The notes under the pieces were generated by a model. It saw only the letters and a program-made list of their open reading frames with translations. It did not search any database and was not told where the DNA came from. 64,000 nt of DNA from Lama guanicoe. Lineage: Eukaryota. Where the stretch lies: the NCBI GenBank assembly GCA_013239625.1, contig MU053652.1, positions 2,916,001-2,980,000 on the forward strand, read 5' to 3'. This document shows positions 25,134 through 37,300 of this stretch, piece after piece. Position numbers and translations under genes: made by a program. How positions within the stretch are numbered: the stretch's first letter is position 1; each line of letters begins with the position of its first letter.

Positions 25134-25717
25134 CGTCTTTATCCATTCATCTGTTGATGGACACTTGGGTTGCTTCCATATATTGGCTACTGTAAATAAT
25201 ACTGCTATGAACATAGGGGTGCAGGTACCTTTTCCAAATAGTGTTTTCATTTTTGAGGGGATGTATACCCATGAGTGGGATTCTTGGATCATATGGTAGT
25301 TACGGTTTTAGTTTTTTGAGGAATCTTCACACTGCTTTCCATCGTGGTTATACCAGTTTACATTCCCACCAACAGTGTACTAGGGCTCCCTTGTCTCCAC
25401 ATCCTCACCAGCATTTGTTATTTGTAAACTTTTTGATGGATAGCTATTCTGAAGTGATATTTAATTTCTCTAATAACTAACAGTGTTGAACATCCTTTTA
25501 TGTGCCTGTTTGCCATCTGTATGTCTTCTTTGGAAAAATGTCTATTCAGTTCTTTTGCCCTTTTTTAAATGAAGTTGTTTGTTTTTTTGATGTTGAGTTG
25601 TATGAACTGTTCATATATTTTGGATATTAACCCCTTATAAGTCGTATCATTTGCAAATATTGTCTCCCATTCAGTAGGTTGTCTTTTTGCTTTGCCAACG
25701 GTTTCCTTTGCTATGAC
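24621..25717 (-). mobile_element. 5'-truncated LINE-1 3' end (ORF2 C-terminal remnant plus 3' UTR)
   Basis: Minus-strand translations KRQPTEWETIFAND...[37 protein letters not shown] and [18 protein letters not shown] resemble the L1 ORF2 C-terminus. TSD AATAATTAT(T/C)CTTT at 24607-24620 and 25718-25731. Confidence 0.9.
25091..25132. repeat. (TG)21 microsatellite inside L1
   Basis: Read directly. Confidence 0.97.
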
Positions 25718-25731
25718 AATAATTATCCTTT

Positions 25732-26196
25732 TAAATACATGAATCTTGGACATGTTTTAAATAATTTCCTTAGGATGGGTTCCTTGCAGTGAATTTATTA
25801 AGTCAAAGGAGCTGAACTCTTAGATTCTTGATACCCTTTGCCTATTTGTTTTCTAGAAAATTTGTACCAAGTTATACACATTCTAGCAATGGATGAAATA
25901 ACCTGTCTCACCAAATCTTTATCAGTACCGAGTGTTATCTTTTTTTCATTTTAATCTTTAGACAAAATTGTTACATTATTTTTGGTTCATTTATTCAACA
26001 CTTACTTGCTGGGTACGCATCGTGTGCCAGGTATGTGGCATTTTTTAATGGCTATCAGTAAAGTTTAACTTCTCTATATGTTCATTAGTCCACTGTTTTC
26101 CTTTTGTAAATGTTCTGTTCTCGTTCATTATCAACATTTCTGTTGGGGTATAAGTGTTCTATAATTTACTTGAACTCTTTTATAATATATTCAGTC

Positions 26197-26231
<35 letters not shown>

Positions 26232-26560
26232 TGTGATATTTGCAACAAATATTTTTCGCAGCTTTTATTTTTGTCTATGATTTTTCCTTAAGATACAGAA
26301 CCTTTACATTTTATTTAGCTGAATAAATGATTTTTGTCTGGTTTTTTTTCTTCTTTTGTGACTTCTGTTACCTTGGGCTTAGAAATTCCTTCCCACCCAG
26401 AAGGTAGAAAATATTCATCTAATTAAGTTTTTTTAAAATTTTTATATAAAACTCACTAAATTAGAAGTGAGGTATGAGAGAAAGCTCCAAATGGAATTTT
26501 TTTTCCATGTAGTAAATCCCCCGATGTTGTGTGTCAGGTCATCTCTTTCCTCAAGTAATT
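25732..26560 (-). mobile_element. Old degenerate L1 (L1ME-like), probably continuous with about 24300-24606 and interrupted by the younger L1
   Basis: T-rich degraded L1 antisense motifs, e.g. TTTCCTTAGGATGGGTTCC...AGTCAAAGG...TGTACCAAGTTATACACATTCTAGCAATG. Confidence 0.55.
26200..26229. repeat. (TG)15 microsatellite
   Basis: Read directly. Confidence 0.95.
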
Positions 26561-29058
26561 TCTGGTGCATCTTTTATTTTGTGTTTCAAGCCCTTGTGCT
26601 GTTATATCTGGCTGTAGGAGTCCATGGACTGGGAGGGATATTAACCCGAGTGAAGGCTATGGTGATACTTTTTCCAACATCTTATTATAAAGAATCTCAA
26701 GCATACAGTGAAGTTGAAAGAATTTTACTGTGAACCCTCATACATACACCACCTAGATTCTATAATTAATGTTTAGCACTTCTTCCTTTATCATCTGTTT
26801 TTTAGATAATAATTTTAAACTTCCTGAATCATTCTTTGAACTCAGACATGGACTATCAAAGACATTTTTTCTCATTCTGGCTTTTCTCTAGTGTGTAGGT
26901 TTGATTTCCCAGAAATTTTTACCAATTTATATTAATACAGTAAAATAGCGAGCATCATAGTAGATAACAAGAGAAAGTGCTTGGTTTGTTTTGGTCAGTT
27001 AATTTTATGGACATGGTTTGACTTTTCAGAGTTAACGATGATTATTCACATACGATTTTGTTTTTCAAACATAATTCTGTTAAGGGCTCCGTCCTCCACT
27101 GCAGTACAGTTGCCTTTTGTTCTTTTGGCTGGCACTGAAGAGGACACTGAAGGAAAGGGCAGAAAGGCCACATGGTAGGCACTGAGATGCTTGTGGAAGT
27201 TTGTGCTGGCTGGGCCTCGTCAGAGCTGGCAAGACCGCTGGCTGGGCCACAGTGGGCTTTGAAAGAAGACTTGCCAGAGTCAGGCTACTTACCCAAGTGA
27301 CTGCCACCAGGCTCTGCCACATAAGCCCTTAGAATGAAGCTGCTTTGCCCAGGGCAGCCTGTCACCCCAGACTGGCCCTATCGATGCTTGGCCGTGAGTG
27401 TCCCTGGTTCGTGGTGAGTAATCAAGTCGAATAAATCTTAGGTCAAGGAGCTTAGCCACCTCTTTCCAGCCTAAATAATGATTACCCTACATTCCCAGGA
27501 GATCTGGGGGCTTGATGACATCCCAGCTTACAGATGGCTTTGCAGCTGTGTCTCAACAAGAATCTGATCTACTGCATCTGCCTCTTGGTGCAGCGTGCAG
27601 CTAGGCTGGTGGAAAAACACACAGCCTGCATTGAGAGACTCGCCCTTGGTCACCACTAGAAATTAACCATGGTGTAGTTTTAGTACTGTTTTTCTCCCCT
27701 ATCCAAACCTCAGTTTCCTGTCTGTAAAATAAGTTGATTTTTGTTAGGTTATATAGATTTTCTTCTTTATCCCAAACCTGTGACTTTAATGTAGAACACT
27801 GACTGTAGGTCAGTATTCACCCCTTTCTCAGAAGTCTGGGAAGACAGTTTTTTCAGTTTCTCTGAACGATACATCGCAGGCTGTTAAGGCCATGGATGAA
27901 GTTCACCAGACTGGATCTAGGGCTAGCAGTTTAGCGCCTTCAGCGCCTGTGAAAGGAATGAGAGGACATTCCTGAGATGGGGACTCAGAGGATGAAGCCT
28001 CACTCACAGGAAGCTTGGCTTATTAGCTGATGAGCTGCTTACTGAGCACGGTCCCGCCTTGACCTTGACCTCGGGGAGGCTCACCCTGTGGTCCATTGTC
28101 TCCCTTGCTCTGAATTCTCTGCTCTCAGGGAACAATGTGATAATTATTTTACAAGTCTAGCCAATAAATGCTTTGAAATTGAAGGATAGCTCTACTGAAA
28201 AAACTTCGCACAATCTAAATGGATATTCTTGTAACATCAGATTCAGAAGAGGCATCCTATTCAAGTGAATGGAATTCAGGGGAAAAGTTAAGTAACCTGA
28301 GTTTTTCTCTTGCCACTGTCGCCTCTCACTTTTATGCTCCAGCAAGAGTCAGCTTGTTGCTTCCCAAACCGGCTGTGCTGTTTCGTGTTACCCTGCCTTG
28401 GAAAACGCAGCTGCCCCAGCCTTGCTCTGCTGTCCACCTCCCTACACCGCCCAGAACTGGGAAGCTGACCCAGACGTGTCCCGCCACGCTAACCTCTCCC
28501 AGCCCAGTGCTTTCTCATTACAGATGCACAGATACTAAAGTATTGAGTTTATTTGGCTTTCATTAACTTGCCAGGAGCGAGGGAGGGTAGTTACAAAGTT
28601 ACCTGTTATTTTCCATGCTATTAAAATGTATAGAAGCCTGATGTAGGAACCTACTCTTTCCACCAGTCATCACCATGCAGTGCGTATAGGGTTTGTGTAT
28701 CATCTTCTAAATCCACAGCTAGTTTTAAAATCTAGCTTGCAGGCTAGGTCTGCAGGAAATAAGATTGTGAGATCATAAATGCTATGGAGAGAGTATAACG
28801 TTATTTACCAAATCCCATAATGTTAGCACTGGGAATCCAAAGGAAGCCACTGTTTTATAAGCTGAGTTGTACCTGTTTGGAACCTAGTATCTCCAAATGG
28901 GGTTAACATGTCAAAACTATAAGTAGCTTTAAAATGAGTATAAATTAAAGCATAAAAAAAGTTTTTAAACATAAAATTAAGTTTGGGTATATTCACAGGC
29001 AATGGGGTTATGTAACAAGTTAGGAAAATAAGGTATTTGGGGTACATCCATAACTTTT

Positions 29059-29593
29059 TTTTTAGTATCTTTTCACACTTTCTTTTTTAAACAATTTTTA
29101 TTGAAGTGTAGTTGATTTACAGTGTTAGTTTCAGGTATACAGCAAAGTGATTCAGAAAATACATACATGTATTTTCAGATTCTTTTCCCATATATGTTAT
29201 TACAAGAAATTGTATATGGTTCCCTGTGCTGTACAGTAGGTCCCTGTTGTTTATCTACTTTATATATAGTAATGTGTGTCTGTTAATCCCCAGCCCTAAT
29301 TTATCCCTCCCCACCGTTTCCCCTTTGGTAACCGTGGTTTGTTTTCTATGTCAGTGAGTCTGTTTTTGGTTTGTAAATAGAATTTGTAGGTTTTTTTTTT
29401 AGGTTCCACATGTAAATGATATCATGTGATATTTGTCTTTCTCTGGTTGACTTACTTCACTCAATGTGATAATCTCTAGGTCCATCCATGTTGCTGCAAA
29501 TGGCATTATTTCATTCTTTCTCACTGCTGAGTAATACTCCATTACACATATACACACACACCCACCCCACATCTTTACTGAGTCATTTGTTGA
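29059..29593 (-). mobile_element. 5'-truncated LINE-1 3' end
   Basis: Translation MEYYSAVRKNEIMPFAATWMDLEIITLSEVSQPEKDKYHMIS is the L1 ORF2 end. TSD GTACATCC(A/T)TAACTTTT at 29042-29058 and 29594-29610. Confidence 0.9.
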
Positions 29594-30044
29594 GTACATC
29601 CTTAACTTTTAAGATAGATGTCTTGAAGAGAAAACTCTAATGAAATATACTACAGTGTTACTCTCAGGGATTAAAAAGACAACAGAGGGCACAGAAGCCA
29701 TGTTTTAAATAGATCAGGGATATTTTTCAGTATGGAATTTACATGTACTGATTTAACTCCAAGCCCTCTCATATGAAACTGAAATATCATCACTGTGATG
29801 ATAAAGTGTCAGTTAGCTGTGACTTAATATGTACCAATCACGACTAACCCAGGATTCCAGGTCACTGCAGTTCTGTTTCCTGTGGCCTCCATGTTCCGGA
29901 GTCAGGATTAATAGGGATAATTCGTTTCTTCGTTCAAGTCTCTAGTTTTTCATTCATGTAAACACTAGGTGAGAGTAGACCTGATCCAACACAGATGCAA
30001 GAGATCAGTAATGATGATGATGGTGATGATGATGATGATAATAA

Positions 30045-30290
30045 TAAATAGTAGCTGACAGTGTTAGCTGAGCACCATATGCCAGGCAGTGGCCAAGTGC
30101 TTTACTTGGTTATCTGTTTCAATACGTAATCCTTTGTGACAGATAACTATTATTAGACCCATTTTACAGGTGGAATACTGAGGCTTGGAGAAGTTAAGTC
30201 ACTTCTCCCAAGATTACACAGCTAGTAAGTAGAGGATCCAAGATTCAAAGCACAGCCAGCTGGCTCCTAAGCCCAAGCTTTTAATTTGTA
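30045..30290 (-). mobile_element. MIR SINE with (GAT)n/(AAT)n tail at about 30008-30050
   Basis: CCCATTTTACAGGTGGAATACTGAGGCTTGGAGAAGTTAAGTCACTTCTCCAAGATTACACAGCTAGTAAG. Confidence 0.85.
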
Positions 30291-30588
30291 TACTATTTAA
30301 TTGCCATAAGAGACTCATATTTTGGAGATATTTTTATCCTTTGGGGCCACTCAGTTTCATTTAGTCGATTACCTTTTGTAGGGGTTTTAATGTGCTAGGG
30401 AGGATGGATGCAGCCCCCAAAGCTGAGCATTTTCATGCCTTACCTTGTTCTGATCAGCTGGTTCCAGCTTGTCGTTAACGGTGCATGTTACCACAACCCG
30501 CGCCGACAGCTCCAGTGAACGCGCTGGTGGTTGTAAGAGAGTTGTATGTCCAAAAAAGGTAATTAACACGGCAACTATCCCAAGTACC

Positions 30589-30612
30589 AAAAAAAAAAAA
30601 AAAAAAAAAAAA
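30589..30612. repeat. A24 homopolymer
   Basis: Read directly. Confidence 0.95.
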
Positions 30613-30859
30613 GCCAACTTGGCATGGCCCATGGTGGAATCACCTTTCTTTTCTTGTTGGAAATGAACAGAAGCTCATGAATGTTGTGCCTTCTGGTAAT
30701 TTCAGGCCCTGTAATTTAAGTGTACTGTAGGACCCGGAAACCTGCCGTCTTGTGATACTGTTGTTGCTTGGTTGATTACGTAGTGCCTTGTTCAAGGAAA
30801 GCTGGTTTCCTGCTAATACAGCGCAAAAGCCCTTCATGCATTGGTCTCATCTTTTGGCA

Positions 30860-31245
30860 TTACCCCACACTCACCCCTATTTGATGGTCTCTGGTCCAGC
30901 CAGATGAAGCTGGTCGTGCTTGCACTCTGCAAAGAAGCTCTTTCCTCCCATCTCTTCCTAGTCAACCACTACTGTTCCCTTCAGATGAAACCTCCTCCAG
31001 GCAGCCTTCCCTGACTTCTCAAGATTGGGTCACGTGCCCCTGAGTGCTTCTGCAGCACCCTCTGCTTACCTTTTTGTGCATGCATCATATTAACTTTGAA
31101 CTTCCTGTTTCTTGTCTGCCTTCTCTGACTCACACTGGCCCCATAAAAGCAGGGATTAATATTGTTTACTTTTGGATAAACACCCTGACACACAAGACAG
31201 TGCCTGACACATGGCAGATGCTCAACAAATGTTTGAATGAGGGGA
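30860..31245 (+). mobile_element. L2 3' end
   Basis: CCTCCTCCAGGCAGCCTTCCCTGAC...ACAGTGCCTGACACATGGCAGATGCTCAACAAATGTTTGAATGA. Confidence 0.8.
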
Positions 31246-31924
31246 AGGTAGAAATGACATACTTGGTGATGATGGACACTAATATAGACCATGTCTAGTG
31301 TTTATAGTTTATAAGATATGTTCCTGATGTTACCTCACTGAATCCTCATCGCCAGTCTGGCAAATCAGTTTTTGTATCCCCATCGCATAGACATGGAAGC
31401 ATCAGCTTGCCCCAGTGCATATATACATGGTTAGTAGGAGGGAAAGCCGGGACTTGAGCTCAGATACTCTGACCTCAGCTCTTAACATACTATGTGAATA
31501 TTCCAAGGCCAGTCGTAATACAGGCATTAGAGTCTGTAGCAAAAGCGATGTGTTGTTCTTGTCCTAACCAAGTAGATTCAGATGGGGAATCAACAGGTTT
31601 TAACTTCTCTCTCTGTCCTCCTTGGCATCTCCCTGCCCCCCCATTTCAGTTTCCAGTGAAAGACTTACAGTGACTTGAGATGGAGCCTTTCCAAGGTCCA
31701 AGGTTTGGACGAGGAATCTTTCTGTACGCAGACCAGGCTGGCTGCTGCCCTAGTCGGGCGATGAGGGGTGGGGAGGTGAGATCTTTTGGAAAAATGGAGA
31801 ACTGTGGGGGTTCTGGTAAAATCCTTGTGCAAATTGGATAAGTAAGATCATGGTGTGAAAGGCATTCAGAACTGAGCCAGGTGGAGGTGTGTGTGTTTGG
31901 GCTCCAAGAAGGTGAGCAAGAGGA

Positions 31925-31944
31925 TGTGTGTGTGTGTGTGTGTG
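31925..31944. repeat. (TG)10 microsatellite
   Basis: Read directly. Confidence 0.95.
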
Positions 31945-32659
31945 TTGGAGGGGGCTGGTTCAGTTGGCAAGTAAGAAGCTTAAAGAGGTTGCTGGCTGGA
32001 ATGGGCTGTGTAATTAACCCATTGAACAGATCTTAACATCACACTGGGGTGTTCTACAGAGGCCTGCAGCGGGGTGGGGTGCAAGCAAGTGAGCTGGCAA
32101 CATCTTGGACACACAGAGCTCAGTATGAATGACTCACCTGGAATGCAGGGCCTGCGTCATTTCCCCAAGCAGGTAACCCGCAAAATACAGCAGAGTCAAA
32201 GGGTGAAAGGGGGAGATTTGGGGCAGCGTTTCCTAGACTTTAGAAGTTCAGGATTTAATACTCAGCACTGCTCTGTTCTAGGTGGTCCTGGGAATGTTGT
32301 CAAAGGGAGGAATTTTAAATTTCGCTTAGCAATTAATTTTGCCGCTGCAGTAGAACATGAGAAAAAGTTCATAAATCCCTTCAGCAATGGCTTGGAGTGT
32401 CATTTATGAATTTCTCCTTTTATACGTGTTTATCTGCAGTAAGAAGCTATCCCAGCATCTATTATGGTTTTACTGGGAGGTGGGCAAGCTCAGGATGAGA
32501 TGGAGATGTGGTTAGAGGTACCTTCTGCAGGACATCAGAGATCAGAGCAAGTCAGGGAGGTCCAGGTGGGCTGGTGTGTGTGTCTCAGCTCCGGGAGAGT
32601 GAACAAGAGGACGGGGGGTGGGATGCTGGTTCAGATGGCAAGTCAGAGGCTGTAGAGAG

Positions 32660-32990
32660 GTTGTTCTTTCATTCCACAAAGATTTCTTGAGCAGCCACTG
32701 TGTGCCAGGCGCTGGTCAGCACTGAGAAGAGGGTGATGGTGATCCCTGTCTCATGGAACTCGGGTAAATGCTCAGGAAAGCAGTCCAGTGAAACTCAGGC
32801 TACGTGAGACGAGGGAAAAGGTGTTCTGTGACGAAAGGGGGCCTTCCTTTCAAGTGGTTCTCTGAGATGATTTCCAAGGTGAGAGCTGCAGGACGAGAAG
32901 GAATGTGTTGGAAGACTTGGGGGGAAGGTTCCAAGTACAGAGAACAACACGTTTAAAGACTCTGGAGTGGGGGATGAATCTGGCCTTTGA
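32660..32990 (-). mobile_element. L2 3' fragment
   Basis: TTCATTCCACAAAGATTTCTTGAGCAGCCACTGTGTGCCAGGCGCTG...CCCTGTCTCATGGAACTC. Confidence 0.6.
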
Positions 32991-35249
32991 GGATCAAGAG
33001 GAAGGCAGGTGTGGCCTGGGCGTGGGTGAGGGGGCAGGTGTGGCCCGGGCGCAGCCCCTTGGAGGCCTTCAGCTCGGTCCGTCCCTGCTCTGGAAGGGAA
33101 GGCGTCTGTCTCAGAGGTCTCAGGGAAGCTCTCGAAAACCCTCGGGAGTGCCCCCTGCCAGGCAGCCCAGGCTCTTAGGAGAGCCCTTGTCCGCAGGAGT
33201 CTGCCGGCCACTTTCCTCTTCCGTTGCTGTCACCATTGAGGGGGGATAAACAAGCATAGGCAAAAAAGCAGATTGTAGTGAAACCAGTAGTCGTATCAGG
33301 TGCCCAAGCACGGGAATGTGCCCAAGAGACTGTAAAGTGGCTCTAAATGGAACTGGTTTTCAAACAGGTGATCTGCCTGCCCTGCTGTGGGGCACACGGT
33401 GCGTCTTGTGAGCGGGGACCACAGCCAGGCAACAGGGTCGCGGCAGAAATGTGGGTCAGTTCTGCACAGTGAAACCTGCATCGTTGGCCCCCAGAGTTCT
33501 GGGACAGGTCATCGCCGAGTAGGTGGGACACTGTCCTGGGGGGCTGTCCTCGGGGGCCCCCTTTCTGACATTAGACCCCCTCCAGTCTGGTTCTCCCCAG
33601 CGAGCAGCCCAGAGGCCCCCTGCTTCGCGAGCCCCTCTCCGGAGCCCTGTGTAGGGAGGAAGGGGCTCAGCTTCCTCCAGCTGCTTGTCCCCCAACCCTG
33701 TCTCTGTGGGTTCTGTGAACCACCTCTTCCCCCATTTAGAAGGAGTGAACTTTGAACTTGAGGAGTCGGGTGGGGCCAGGAGGAGGAGGGCGCTGGGAAG
33801 TGTTGTGTAAACACTGGTCCTGATCCTCCTCAGCTTTTACTACCTGTAGGGACAGGTGGACGCGGAGAAGCTGCTGGCGGGAAGGGCTGGCTGTTCTCAA
33901 GGCTGTGGGTTGTGCAATAGCGCAGAAGAGCTTTGAAGCTGCGGGAGGAGGTCAGGCAGCCGTTCACGAGGCTGGTTCCACAGCTGTTTCCCTTCGTGAG
34001 ACCTCGTGTGCTTGAGTATCCTTAGGGATCCAGCATTTAGCAGGATCTCTGGCCTGAGTTGTTACGGCCAGTCTGTACTGAAAGTAGGGGATTGTTTTTA
34101 AAAAGGACTCTACTTCCAAAGTTTGCCTGAGATGCCAGGCTGCAGCAGGTGTCTTCAGTGCCTATTTTTGAACAAAAGCTTGGTACATTCTCGTCTGTAA
34201 CCTTGTGCTCCCGTCCGTGAGAAAGAAAACAAGTGAGAATATCCCGCCTTCTGTACCCAGTTACGAAGTGGAGGTAGACGGTGATGTAATCGGTTCTGTG
34301 GACCAGGCTGTGCTGAGCTTGCGTCTGGGACAGTGACCAGACGGACGGGAGGAGAAGTGAAAGGTATTTTTAGCCCGTCAGGGCTGCTTTGAGACGCGGG
34401 TTTCTCCCCCACCCCACTCATCCCAGCAGAGAGATCTGGTGCCAGGCGAGCACATTTGCCCCTATACAGCATGGAGAAAACATTTTACTCTGTATTAATT
34501 AAATATTCATGAGGACTGGTGGGCCGCCGATTTGATAGAGCAGCTTTGACACCCACACTGTTCAGCCCGCATCTGTGACGTTACTGGAGCCTCTCAGAGG
34601 GCTCCGTGTCTCTCCTGGCCCAGATACCAGCCCTTTCCCTCCAAAGTGTGGTGTTTCCCCGGAAATTGGGGCCGAAGGACACAGTCCATGCTCTTTCTCT
34701 TTTCCTCTGTTGAGGTGATGGAGGCATGTGTGAAAGTTCTGATGTTGAGAATATGACCTCTACAAGTAGGTTCTTAAAATTTTGAGGGAGCCACTTTACA
34801 CCACTGGCAATGTTAAAACAGGTGAAAGCTTTAGCAAGGGTATAAATCAAGCACAACTTAAGTGATAAAAAAAGGGGACCCTGTCTGGGACACAGGGTCT
34901 CTAGAATCACGCTTGCAGGCTGAAGGGCTTCTGTACGCAGTAAGAAGTCAGTCAGTTTCCGTACAAGGGCTTTTGTGTCTTTGGTAAACTTCTGCTTAGC
35001 AGGTCATTGCTTTGACAGAGGCTGGTCAGCCCCTCCCAGCCGTCTGAGCAAGTGGTGCCAGTAAGAGCATAGAAGACACCACGTGCTGTGTGGACAAAGC
35101 CCCAAGGGGGAGGGACTAGGAGGCAGGATTCTTGTCTCTTCCCTCCAGCTCTCCCCTCTCACCATGTCCACCCCAGCCCGTGAGCACAAGGGACCCTGGG
35201 AGGTCCCTGGGTCTCTCTCTCCCCTGCCCCTACCCCGTTGATAAGATGA

Positions 35250-35440
35250 GGCACACAGGCCCTGAAGTCCAGCTTCCTGGGTGTGCATCCCAGCTCTACC
35301 ACTTGCTCACTGTGTGACTCTAAGCATGTTAATGTTACTTAAAGTCTGGGTGCCTCAGTTTCCTCATCTGTAAAATGGAAATGGTACCCGCCTCACAGGC
35401 TACCGTGAGGCCTGAATGGGTTAAAATATGTGGGGTACTG
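35250..35440 (+). mobile_element. MIR SINE
   Basis: ATCCCAGCTCTACCACTTGCTCACTGTGTGAC...GCCTCAGTTTCCTCATCTGTAAAATGG. Confidence 0.85.
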
Positions 35441-36625
35441 GCAAGGTGGTTTGCCTTTTTCGGGATGAATCTCGAACACTGGTTCCAGTGATCGAGTCTG
35501 TTACTTTCTCCTCCCTCTTCAGGCAAATAGAAACAGCCAATGTGCTCATGAGAGCCAGTCAGAACAGGTGAGGACAAGGAAGTCAGAGGGGCTGGTTAGG
35601 GTCTCGGTGCCCTCCCGACGATGGGGCCGCTGCTCCTGTGTCCGCCTCCTTCCCGGGTGCAGCCCCTGCCTCCCTCCCTCAGCCCCATGCAGAGCACAGG
35701 CCCCAGCAGCTCCCGCGGGGGGCATGGGGCCTCAGGTGGGCAGCGTTGCTGACCTGGAGACTGTTCCGCATCCCCAGCCCCGGGCCTGCTGAGGTCCTGG
35801 CAGCCTGTGCCGGTGTCCTGCAGTTTCAAGAGTCATTGTCTGACTGGGTCATGGGAGCCAAGCTCCTTCCTAGCTGGTTCTCCTTGATGAAAGCTCCTTC
35901 ACTGGGACTTTTCTTTGTTCTCAATCTGCATTGTTGCACACTCCCAGCACACTTCTCTGAGGGCTCAGCTGGCTACCCCTAAAATAGCCAGCGAGAGACA
36001 AGAACACTTGGTTTCGTGCTGCCCACCCCCCAGCCCCAGAACTGATGCTCCACGGCTTCTGCAGAGGCTCTCAGTGGGAGAAAAGTTTCGCTCATGGGGC
36101 AAGTTCAGAGAGCCTGCACCTCCTTTCCAGAATTCACTTGGTGGCTCAGCCCTGCCACTGAAGAGAACCCCATTCTCTTAAGTTTGGGTGTCTCCAGCCA
36201 ATCTCCACTGGGAATTACATTTGAAAGGCTGCTCTGGGCTGGAGTTTCCCGGCTAGAGAATTGGGGGCTGGCAAGGGGCATCTGTGGATCCAAGGGGAGC
36301 TAAGCAGGTGAGCAGTCCAGGAAGAGAGAGCCAGGATGAGGGCCGATGAAGTTGTGCTCATCGTCTGGTAAGTCACAAACCTGAAGTTTTGTCAGATCTC
36401 TGGATAAAGAAAGAACCACTCTGAATGGATAAGTGCCTTTGCACTTGGCAGGAAACTAAACCGAGAGTAGTAAATATTCTTCATCACTCAAAATTGTTAG
36501 TCCAGAAAACCTAGAAAAGACCAGCCACTTCTGGTGGTCAAAACCAAGTGCACCCAATTTTTTGCAAACAAACCTGGAAACTCGGTTCACCCTGGAGGGC
36601 CGGACGCTGGAATGGCTGTATGCGT

Positions 36626-36642
36626 CTGCCCCCTTGTGGCCA
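36626..36642 (-). promoter_or_regulatory. Candidate CTCF site
   Basis: Minus strand reads TGGCCACAAGGGGGCAG, against the CTCF core TGGCCACCAGGGGGCGC. Confidence 0.55.
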
Positions 36643-36789
36643 TCACTGGCAGTGTGTGTGTAACCTGTTGCTGGATCCTCTCTGTGAAATATATTAAAGG
36701 TTTTTAAAAAGAACTTTTCTCAGTCACTCTTTCTCTACACATGTCACCCTTATCTCCAGGGCTTAACCATTCTGCTTTTACATTTGTCT

Positions 36790-37300
36790 AATCAGAAATT
36801 TTCCCTCTTTCGACTCCAGAGTCACTACTTTCCAATAAGCTCTTCCACTGGCCTCTCAACTGATCTTTTAAAAATGTAAATCTGATTGCTTTCCCTTACT
36901 CAAAGCCCTTTAATGGCTCCTCTTTTTCCAGGGTCCAGTGCGTCTCTCAGAAGATACCCAAGCCCTGCTCCTCTGTCCGGGACTGCGTCTTTGCCTGTGT
37001 TCCTCTCTCTCCCTTGTCTGTTCACCCGCTAACACCTGCTCCTTCTTGGGATTCGCCTCAGGTATCACCTCCTCCAGGGAGCCTTCTGCATTCCATTCGA
37101 TAGTGTAATGTACTGATGTAATGTGATGTAATGTAATACAAGAGAGGGAGGGAGGGAGGAGACGCAGCGGAACTGAGCACACTGCGTTATAACCAGGTGC
37201 TTTTGTTCCTCTCCCACAAGACAAAGCTACTTGAAGGCCTTTTCTCTCTGTATCACAGTGTCTGGCATATCACTGTCACTCACTACTTATAGAAGGACTA
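36790..37300 (+). mobile_element. L2 fragment containing an (ATGTA)n-like expansion at 37104-37140
   Basis: TGATCTTTTAAAAATGTAAATCTGATT...CTCAAAGCCCTTTAATGGCTCC...CACCTCCTCCAGGGAGCCTTC. Confidence 0.65.

Noticed and set aside
24854..25753. ORFs with real protein-like sequence
   Set aside because: They are frameshifted L1 ORF2 remnants, not host genes.
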